In this document: positions 53,875 through 64,000 of the stretch, piece by piece | Layout: each line of letters begins with the position of its first letter | Numbering within the stretch: position 1 is the first letter of the stretch | Assembly (NCBI RefSeq): GCF_009914755.1 | Contig: NC_060931.1 | DNA length: 64,000 nucleotides | From: the human T2T-CHM13v2.0 reference genome, Homo sapiens | Strand: one strand, 5' to 3' | The notes under the pieces: generated by a model | Seen by the model: the letters and a program-made list of their open reading frames with translations, nothing else | What the model was told of the DNA's origin: nothing | Database searches by the model: none | Made by a program: the position numbers and the translations under genes

Positions 53875-56479
53875 TGAATTTATTTAATAGCTAAATTGCT
53901 CTACTTGCATTCAAGGTCTTCTGTCTTTATAAAACCAAATCATGTATTCCAGTGTCATCTTCTATTTTTCCTGCTCATATTCTTTATCTTTTAGTAAAAT
54001 TAGATGGCCATTCTCTCCCCCATCTCTAATCCTTGCCATGAGCTGGCAAGGTTGTGAAGAATCTTTACTTAGTTAAGATTTATGGGGTGCCTTCCTAAAT
54101 GGCATCACAGTGTAAACAAAGAAATCAAATCACCTGAACTTTTCGGTCTCTATATATCAAGATCCCAAGATCCTATTTCAAATACCATTTCCTCTGTGAA
54201 ATCTTTCTTGATTCCTCAAACCGAATGGTGTGATCTTTCCTTTTTATAATGCCAGCTCCCTGTGTTTCGTATTTCTGGCACAGTAGATTCTGGTCTGCCT
54301 TATTGTATAACCAGTATGGTCTAATTTCATTCGTCTATAAGTTCTTGAGATTGGGGCTGAATCCTACACATCTGTCGGTCCCTACTACACCTATCACAGT
54401 GTCAGACACCTAATAATAACTCAGTCAATAGTGTTCAAATTGTGGTATGCAGCGGCAAGGCTTCCAGCCCAGCCCAGAGTCATCGGATAGCTTTCAGCCA
54501 AGGCTGTTAGCTGTGTGAGGTAGGTGCGTATTGCATGCTTGTCCCAAAATATTCTCTTGCAGGTGACTGACATTCTTTTTTATATTTAAAAAAAAATTTA
54601 TAGAAAGCTCACAGCCCATGTTTAAAATACAAAATTCACCTATGAGAAATCAAGAAATGGAAGGAAGATCTAGAGGACAAGCCTAGCTCTTTTACCCCCT
54701 GGAGCAATCAAGGGGCAGCTACAGACACTAGAAAAGACCAGGGCTGGGAAACGGGAACAATATCTTTGATTTCACAGTCTTGCCTGGGGCCTTGACTGAC
54801 AGTAGCTGCTGCTTTAACCTCCATCTGTGGCTTCACGCCTTTTTAGAAAGGACTCAGGAAATCACACTCTGGTCTTATAGGGAATATTTTCAGCCTAGGA
54901 GAAAAATTGTGAGCATGAGAAGCAAGCTTGTCTTGCTTTCCCACACCCAAAGACAGAGACTCATAAGACAACGGTCTGTAAAGAATCTGGAGACACATGG
55001 TATGAAACATTTTTAGCTTATTATTTTGAATGTTCTTCTTAATACCATTGTAGCAAAAACAAACAATAAAGGGACAACCCACTCCTCCTCCAAACAATGT
55101 TTAATTTATGTATTTGTTAGATACATATTGAAATTTATTTTATGAAATCATAAACCAATAGCAAATTCTCAGTAGAGAAATTCATTGTAGGAAAATATGA
55201 TCAGGAAAGATATGGTTTACGTGGATTAAAACAAAATTTTTAAAATCCATATTTGTGGTTTAACCTGGATCACGTTTTATCCGCATTGGCTTGGATTTTT
55301 TTTTTTTCCCCAGGATACTGCAGCTGTTCTTCCGGGTTCATTTATCGAGGAACACTGCCATCATGTGGCCTGACGTGTTAACACAGTCCCTAAAAGACAA
55401 CTAGCAGCACGGTTTTAATTTTGATTCTCTCTCTAGAAAAACGTTTGTGGCTTTAAAATGTGCTTCGTTATTTGAAGCTGTGTTTGTTAATACCTTTCTG
55501 AAATGGCATCCTTAAAATATTTGCCAAAGGGTCAACTCTACGTCACCTTTTGAATTTCTCAAGTATATAGTTATCACATCAAAAAATATATAAAATAATA
55601 ATTGAACATTGCTCATTTTATAAATTTGTCAAGTTTTCACAAATTTATCTACTGTAAAAAGAGTGGAATGCTTTGCTTATATACACTAGTGTGGCTGCTT
55701 ATTTTTTCTTTACACTATCAGTTTAGGGAGAGGAGATGCAAAACTATAGAAAACTACAGAAAGGCAGCGTTGTGTAGTTCAAAAACTAAAGTATGAAGCT
55801 TGACATTAGGTTGGAGACTTCGCTTTGCGACTAATTAATTATGCAATTTTGTGCAAACATGTAAGTGAGATGGCCTCAGTACTTTTTTTCTTAAATGAGA
55901 AGATTTGATACCCTTAACAAGAACCTTTTTTTTTTTTTTTGCTATAATTCTGTGATTCTACAAGCAAAATTAAGTTCTTTTAAAAAGCAAGAGTGTTGTT
56001 TCTCTTTAGGTATACTATTTTTCTATGGTTTTCTGAAAATATGTGCCCCCTTTCTCTCCACTCCTCTTTCCCATTCCTAACTGCAGCTTTGTCTGCAAAT
56101 TTGTTGTGCAATTTTTTTTTTCCTGCAATATCCCATAGTTTTGGTGTTGTGTTGAGGATTGCTCCTTCATGAATTAGATACTTCCATAGTATAAAATAAA
56201 ACTGATGAATCTTTGCAATTGGTAAACAACTTATTGGCTTCTGACAACTGTGGGTGTAAAAAGAACGTTACAGAGGACAGTCCAATTTCTTTACCCCTTA
56301 AAAGGGAAGGATAATTTTTTTTTCTTACTGCACCTCTGCATCATAAATTTGTCAAAAGTAAAAAGAGGATGCAAATGCTGCCTGGAGTACAATTGTGAGG
56401 TAAATGTTCTGAAGAGACAAAATTATGGTAAATTATTCCCTCGAGTTGATGTTGTGAAGTGTGTAACTGGGTGAGGGAT

Positions 56480-57130
56480 GGAAATACAAGCTGGTGTTGA
56501 TGTTTAAACTGTGCTGGACGGCGTGTAAATGCAGGTCAGTTGCTAGGAGACCTGGAACACAGAGCTAATGCCCCCTCTGTGGGGCAGGGATGTTTGATCT
56601 GAAAAAACCTTGTCTTTCACAGTCAAAGATGACGTGAAATGAATAGTCTGTCAAAATTCAGGTGGGCCAGTGCTTGGTTACTGCTTATGTCAATCCAGCC
56701 ATTCTGACATCCACCACCTGTAAAGAGAGTCGCTGAAACGGAACAATCTAGCATCGTGCCAGCGACCAAGATTCTCCGGAAACACTCAGGGTAATTAGCT
56801 ACGAATTCTTTAAATACTCTTACATGAAAGGCAGCTGGTTTGTTCGCTGATATGGGATCCAAGAAGTGGGCAGTAGCGGCTAAATAATTACTTCAGCATT
56901 CCAAAGAGAGGGATGCCAGGCCACAAATAGAGTTCCAAGCGAAGATGTGCTTGCGTAGGACTTTGGACCCTCCCGTTTACAAAGCAATCATTTCTGCCAT
57001 TTGTGAGGATTGTTGAACAGATTTTATGTTAAACACACATGCTCCCAGTATGTAATTACAATTGAGAATGAATACGCCGAACTTTAGCGCTGAAGCATCT
57101 TAGCAGTTCTTCCAGCGCCCCCAACTGCTT
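56480..57130 (+). promoter_or_regulatory. CpG-retaining unique segment; candidate distal promoter or non-coding exon of the downstream gene (ASB4 by synteny)
   Basis: Locally elevated CpG. RFX-type GTTGCTAGGAGAC at 56539-56551, TGACGTGA at 56630, and donor-like sites at 56662 and 56791. Confidence 0.45.
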
Positions 57131-58548
57131 GAAGACAGAACCTGAATCAGTCTGTGGACAAGGGCAGCCCATAACATGGCTGCCACAGGGAAGACTTTCA
57201 AAAAATCTCAGCAAGGTCTTCTGCCCTTGCAAAATGGTATTAATCTTTGCCAATGTCCAGGACACTGTGTTCCATAAGGGAGAAAAAAGCCCTAAAGGCT
57301 GAGGAGTGTGTCTAGTAGGTCTCATTTTACTTACAGGAAAAGAAGTCACTGAGAGGTATTTTGAATTATTTGAAACACACAGCTTATGACCACCAGAGCT
57401 GGGAATACGATCCAGGTGTCTCAGTCTGACGGTCTTTCACCATAACACCACTTAGTATTTCTCAGGAAAAATTGTGATGTTCTATTAGTCCACTGATATG
57501 AACAACAGTAATAATATGTAACTCTCCTATAATGCTTCACAATATGCAAAGTACGTTTATATACGTTGTTTCATGTGATTTTTACAACCCTGGTAATTAT
57601 TCTTATGAAATAGTATGCTTAGTCCACAGAATTGATCTGTATTGTTATAAAAGTATAGTTTTAATTGTACTAGCTTGCTGGCTCTTTATTATAATATTGT
57701 GGCCATGCCCCCAAATCAAGATGGCCTCTGGGAATAGATCATTGAAATCCTAATGTGGTTTGAAAATTTTTTGTGTGTTTGCCCCACTTTTTTGTGTTAA
57801 ATATTGAATATCCACTGATAAAATATGCACTTTATTGCTTGTCTACAGAAGAAACAAAACTATCATCAATTATAAGCCATTTTGGAGAACCTACTATGTA
57901 TCAGGCCTAGAACACAGCAGATATGAGGATGCTGTTGTGGGTTTAGCTTTGAGAGAATTGGACTTGGGTTCAAGAAGTAGAAGAAAGGAAATAAATGCAT
58001 ATTCATCAGTTATACTCCTAAGCTTCATTGAGCTTCAAAAATATCTGAAAAGAGGTGCAGGCATCTGAATAGGATGGCTTCCTGGTGTCCCTTCCTGTTT
58101 CTTGTCTCAGGGTCTTAGAATCTGCTGCTCCCATGGCCTAGAAATCTCTTTCCCTAAATATCAGCATAGCTTATTCCCGCAATTCAAGTTTTTGTTCAAG
58201 GCAAGTGAATACTTCTCTGACCATTTATTTGAATTTGCAGTGCTTTCCAGGGCCATAACACCTTCCCAGGACCAACCTGGAAGTGGAGGAGACTTTTCTT
58301 ACTTGTTGGTCCACAGGAGCACACCTTGTTCTGATCTATACAAGGGTGGCTTATGGTGTGGCTGCAATCCTAGACCTTACCCAGTTTACTTTTCTTGGTA
58401 GCACATATTACCATGTGACAAACTATATATCTTACTGTCTGTTTTTTTGTCTGTTCCCTTGTAGCCCCTCCACTGGTATAAAAGCTCCATAAAGGTAAAG
58501 ATTTTAACATGCTTTCTTTGTGTATCTGCAGTACTTATAAAAAGTACA

Positions 58549-59043
58549 GGTGGTAGCTAAGATGGACCCCATTGATTCTCACTTCCTGGTTTTCACACCT
58601 TTAACAAAATCCTCTCTCACTCTGAATCAGTGCTAGTCAGTGTGACCATAGGATATGATAGAAATAGTGGTATATGACTTCCTAGGTTAGGTCACAAAAG
58701 ATGTTGCAGCTTCCAACTGGCTCTCTTGGATCTTTCATTCTGGGAGAAATCAGTTACCATGTTGTGAGGATACTCAAGCAGCCAATGGAGAGAACTACAT
58801 GGACACAAACCACATAACCAGCATCAACTTGTTAGCTAAGTGACTGAGCCACTTTTAAAGGGGATTGTCTAACCCCCGACCTTTGTGTCTTTAGTTTGAG
58901 GCCACAGACATCATAGAGCAGAGACAAGCCTTTCCCACTGTGTCCTGATCCACAGAAACCATGAGAGATAATAAATGATGACTGTTGCTTTAAGCCAATA
59001 CATTTTGAGGTTATTTGCTATGCAGCAAAAGATAACTAATACA
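58549..59043 (+). mobile_element. MLT1F-like LTR nested in L2 (about 58090-59090)
   Basis: Ends ttatttgctatgcagcaaaagataactaataca. L2 resumes at gtgtctggctcatagtaag. Confidence 0.82.
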
Positions 59044-62000
59044 GTGTCTGGCTCATAGTAAGTTCCCAAAAAATATTTATTGAATGAAGGGCTAAATGTG
59101 AGCTGATTTCTTACTAGATTACTCAGTGATCAAATAGAATATCTAATTAACCTGAAAAAAACCATATAAAAATCCATTTGAGCAATAGGAACATTGGTTG
59201 GGAGTGTCAAGATCTAGGCTTGAGTGTTATATCTGCTGCTTATTTGCTATCTGACCTTGTATAATTCATTTATAGTCTTTGATTCTTAGTTTACCTGATC
59301 TGTAAACTAGAAATAATGATAACAATTAAAATTTTACCACAAATAATACCTCCTGCCTGGAAGAGCCTTGTTGACATTGAGAACTTCTGGATCAGACCTC
59401 TGCTGAAACCCAAACACTACAACTGGAATTTTCCATTATAGGAACCAATAAATCTTTACTGGTTCAGTTCCAGTTGCTGGTGTTACTTACAAACAAAGGC
59501 ATCTTTATGCTAAGCATTAACACTAACCTATAAAAGAATAGCAAAAAAAGGAAAAAAAAACAACAAGATGACGTGTAATAAGTAAGATGCTACATATTAC
59601 AGAAGTATAACAGATGAGAAGAAAGGGATGTCAGACCACTTAATCATCCATTTCTGTAATAGCAAGGACATCTAATTCAGCTGCTGAGAAAGTCAGGAGG
59701 CCCAAGGGGTTCTGTTGCCACAGAAATTCTAGTTTCCAATTCTAGCTGGCTTCAAATTTCTTCCCTATGGTGGCATTTGATAAGTGATTGTGGCTTAGTA
59801 GCATCAAATTCATGTTTAAATGCCATGATAAACCAAGGAGCCATTTGTGTTCCAGAGAAGATATTCCAAGTAGACAGATTATGTTGTACACAGACAAGCA
59901 TCTGGGACTTTGTGCCTGCTGTCTCAGCCATGGGTCCCCAGAGAGTACACCAGGGTCTTACGGGCCACTTGCCACATCATTGCCTTGTCAGAAAGGTCTT
60001 CATACTATTTCAAGAGCAAAGGACACTGTTCTGGACATGTAATGAAACAGTAATAAAAAGCTCATCTTATAGAATGGAGAGTTTTCATTTTTAAGAGCTG
60101 AGGAGACAGGAATTTCTGACAGGCCTGACTAGACAGTGTGAAACATGACCACTGTGTAATTTGACCTCTTGAGGTGAGTTGAAGCGGTGGCTTGGATAGT
60201 GGAGGCAGGTCTCACACCTGCTATTAGCATTGGTGGCATTGCTTCCTATGTTAGAAGGACTTTGATGGGCAATTTAATTAAGCTGCTATTTGCTTTGTAG
60301 GTGCAAATAATCTGTAAGTTTTATCCTTTGCTGCTCAGGTAAAATAATCAATTGATTTTTAGCAGAATTATATAGATAACATTTTCAACTTGATACATTT
60401 TTTAAATGAAAATTTGCTTTGTTTGTTTTCTTGGATTATTCCACGAAGTTTAGATACAGTATTTATTTATATAGCTATGGGACAAGACTGAAATAGCTTC
60501 TGTGGGAAAAATTATAGCCATCTCTTTAGGCTAAAATTTTAAATTTGCATCCAGATATTAAAGCAATGCTTTAAAATTTCATTCTGAAGTCATGTTCCCT
60601 GTGGCCTTTGACCTTGAGGGCCAAGTTTTGAAGTTTGCCAACCTGAGGAAAGGACTGAAGGACAATCTGTCCATTGATCAGCTTTAAGTCTCAATGCAGA
60701 CACTTACAAAGACAGCCGTTGTGAGACTCAAGGATTAGGAAATGAGGATATTTCTAAATCACCTTATCTCCTTATTTAGCATTTCAAGGACCACGCCTGA
60801 AGGACTCACGTCATAGGGTTTCTTTCACAAGGCAAAGATGATAACCATTCCACCTCTGGAGGGAGATCAATAGGCTTGCTGACGTAGGGAGAAAAAGAAA
60901 AGCTAGAGAGGCAGTAAATTGTCCAACTGGACCCTTGTAGCTAGGAAGGCTAGAAGTCTTGATGGATTATGAGAGGATATATAGCCTGATCCAGGGGTCA
61001 GATGGCATGTACTCAGCCCTCCTCACACACTTCTTCCGGGGTTGAACTTTGATGGGATGGGGGGTGGTTTAGAAACAACCAGATATGCCTGAGGAAGTTC
61101 GAGGACACTGAGGTTAGCGGCTCAGCATTAGAGAGAATGTAGACCCCTTGGGAACTCCATTCCTTAGCTTAGGTTCATGTCTATTCTGGCCCTAAGAAGA
61201 TGGCACAATAGAAGATGACTTGTTCTTCATCGTCCTTGTCAGCCGACGGGCTGCAGCGTTTGAGAACATCAAAACTGGAGTCAAATGATCAGAATCACAC
61301 ACTCTAGTAGCCAGATAGGACCAAGTAAGTGACGACCCATTCTGCCACGGAGATATCAGGGAGGGTCCAGAGGACAATGAGTCCATCTGAGGACCCCCTT
61401 TTCTTTCAGTCACCATGAGGTCTCGTAAGCTGCACTCTTACTGCTGACTGCTATTCACTTGATACACGTGGTCTGGCCATACTGGTAATTTATGACAAAA
61501 GTCTCTTCTAGTTAATACCAGTTGTTAAATATTAGCATTGTGAATATTGTTCCTCCATGTATCCCATATTCCCTGAAGCTCTCTTAGAGGGAAAGCCTGA
61601 ACTCTCAAACACAGAGAATTTTATTCAAAGAGACTGATCATTTACCTAAAGAGACTGCTAAATATTTGGATCAGATTAACACATCAGGTTGGACAAAATT
61701 AAATTGTCCTTCTTTTTGCCACTGAGTTAGGTGGGGAGACCCATAATGGGGGATCAGATCAAATGATTAGATATAAACAAACTATATTATTTTTGTATGA
61801 AATTTAGTATATTTGCAGCTTTGTGACAAATTCTAGTGTATGGGAAATGGAGGCGATCTAGGGATTCCCATCGCCACTTAAATCTGTTAGTGAGCTAAGT
61901 TACACACGGGCAGGGATTTCTGTGTTTGTTCACTGCTGTATCTGCAGTGCCCAGAATAAGTGTCTGACAAATGGTAGATACTCGATGGGTATTTGTGGAA

Positions 62001-62237
62001 AGAATCATAACAATAGCATAAAACAGACTTGCAAAGTGCTCCCTAAAAATGCCAATACAATTTCAACAAAAGCAGTGTGTCACAGAGAGTCAGTTGGGAG
62101 CCAATCCCTTGGTTGAGGAAGTATTTCCATATATGGCTCTTTTTGTTGTTGCTATTTTTCAAAAATTATATAATTTAAAATCTTCAAAAATTGTAAAATG
62201 TTTAACATTAAAAAGTAAAAAAAAAAAAAAAAAAATT

Positions 62238-62541
62238 GTCAGGCATAGTGGCTCATGGCTGTAATCCCAGCGCTTTGGATGGCTGAGGCAGGAGGTTCGC
62301 TTAAACTTAGGAGTCGGAGATCAGCCGGGGGAACATGGCAAAACCCTGTCTCTTCAAAAAAACACACAAAATTTAGCCAGATGTGCTGGTTGCATGCCTA
62401 TAGTCCTAACTACTCCAGAGGCTGAGGTGGGAGGATGGCTTGAGCCTGAGAGGCAAAGGTTGCAGTGAGCCCAGATCACACCACTGTGCTCCAGTCTGGT
62501 GACAGAGTGAGATCCTGTCTCAAAAAAAAATAACAAACAAA
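62238..62541 (+). mobile_element. AluJ
   Basis: Dimeric Alu preceded by a separate A-run. Confidence 0.92.
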
Positions 62542-63138
62542 ACTAATCTATAGTATTAGAAGTTAAGATTTATTGTTATCTCTTTGAGGCAGGTGTTTTG
62601 ATTAGAAGAGGACATAAAGGGGGCTTCAGGTAAACTTGAACTAGTCTATGGTTTAACCTCAATGTTGATTACATGAGTTTGTTCACTAAAAATTTGACAA
62701 GCTGTATACCTGTAACTTGCCAATTTCTTGCATTTATATTACACATCAATAAAATAAGTTTAAAATTATGTTGTGATTTGCATCATTTACATGCTTAAGT
62801 AAATTCTAAGAATCAAATAGTATCATTGTAAGTTTTTAAAAATTCATGTTTTTAATTATTCTGCAGAAAGTTTGCACCAGTTTTGACTTCCACAAACGAC
62901 ATATAAAAATGCAATTTATTTGCATTCTCTTTAGAACTTGCTATTATAATTTTCCTAATTTTTAATGATTTTATGTAAGAAAAATTAAGTGTATACTTTT
63001 CTCTCCAACTTTTTATTTGAAAAATTTCAAACTTACAGAAAAGCTGAAAGAATAATGTAATGGATACCAAAATATCCCTTACTAGATTCACCAAGTCTTT
63101 AAGTTTTTGCCACACTTGCTATCTCTCTGTTTCTATTT

Positions 63139-63277
63139 ACACACACATATATATATGTGTGTATATATGTATATATGTGTATATATGTATATATGTGTGT
63201 GTATATATGTGTATATATGTATATATGTATATATATGTGTATATATGTATATATATGTATATACACATACACACACA
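63139..63277 (+). repeat. Compound (TA/TG/CA)n alternating purine-pyrimidine repeat within an old L1 3' fragment
   Basis: About 140 nt of strict RY alternation. Confidence 0.95.
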
Positions 63278-63629
63278 TCTATTTATCTGTCTGCATTTCT
63301 GAGCTATTTTTAAAGAAGTTTTAGACATCATGACAATTTATCCCTTAATGTATCACTTAAGAGTAAGAATTTTTTTTACATAACCACATTTATCATTACA
63401 CTTCTATATTGTCAAGTAATATCTAGTCCACATTTATAGTTCCACAATACTGTCTTTTCTAGCTGATTAAAAAACAGGATTCAATAAAGTTCATTCACAT
63501 GTTGCATTTAAATGTTTTATCTCTTCAGTTTCTTTTTTACCTAAAAGAGTCCCTGCCCCGGACCGTCTCCCCACCTCCTCCCCTCCCAGCTTTTCATATT
63601 AAAATTTTTCAAGTCTAGGTCACTTGAAA

Positions 63630-64000
63630 ACCTCCTGTTTGTCTTCAGATATGTATGACAATGGTTGATTTTACAAGCTCATATTGCAAAATTATTACAG
63701 GTTTTTAGAAGCAAATGTATCCACAACTGTAACAGATTTTCATTTTTGGATATTGGCTTGTCAGAGCAAGACGCTGGATCTCCAGCCAGGCACCAGATGT
63801 TTTTATTGTGGGGAAAAAAAGAGCATTAAGAGCTTTTAAATCTTATATTATTACTTTGATCATATAAGAAATAATTGTGACATTTCATGCCTGGAAATGT
63901 ATCACGGGGGCTTTCGTTCATATTGACACTATATATTACTGAATGGATCAGTTAATATATAACCAGTTTAAAGGACCTGAAAATGTAGTGACAGCCAAGA
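63630..64000 (+). promoter_or_regulatory. Probable proximal promoter / 5' UTR region of ASB4 (CDS beyond the window end)
   Basis: Unique sequence with an acceptor-like cctcctgtttgtcttcag ending at 63648 and TATA-like TATATAA at 63956-63962. The gene identity is inferred only from known PON2-ASB4 adjacency. Confidence 0.4.

Noticed and set aside
63060-63331. Tyr/Ile/Cys/Val-rich ORFs
   Set aside because: Translations of the TA/TG microsatellite.

Overview
This is primate (human-like) genomic DNA, not microbial. The first 13 kb holds the 5' end of PON2 (paraoxonase 2) on the minus strand: coding exon 1 (13027-13100, inside a CpG-island promoter) and exon 2 (2660-2730). The two exons splice in frame to [48 protein letters not shown]. 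The rest is about 50 kb of repeat-dense intergenic DNA: many Alus, old L1/L2/MIR copies, MaLR and ERV LTRs including a complete THE1 provirus, and hAT/mariner relics. A repeat-poor regulatory-looking region follows at about 46-64 kb. From known 7q21.3 gene order it should lead into ASB4, but no ASB4 coding sequence is visible in the window. None of the supplied ORFs is a credible new protein gene, and I see no new multi-gene system. The most unusual signals are: (i) an old three-piece mosaic duplication at 44.66-45.40 kb, built from upstream segments in reversed order with junction microhomologies; (ii) a tailless 5'-half tRNA-Ile(AAT) retrocopy; (iii) an in-frame, strong-Kozak upstream AUG that would add 21 aa to PON2; (iv) THE1 LTRs with intact DUX4 motifs and a CRE/RFX/NR5A motif cluster upstream of the presumed ASB4 promoter; (v) several templated-insertion scars. 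Repeat subfamily names and most repeat boundaries were judged by eye and are approximate.
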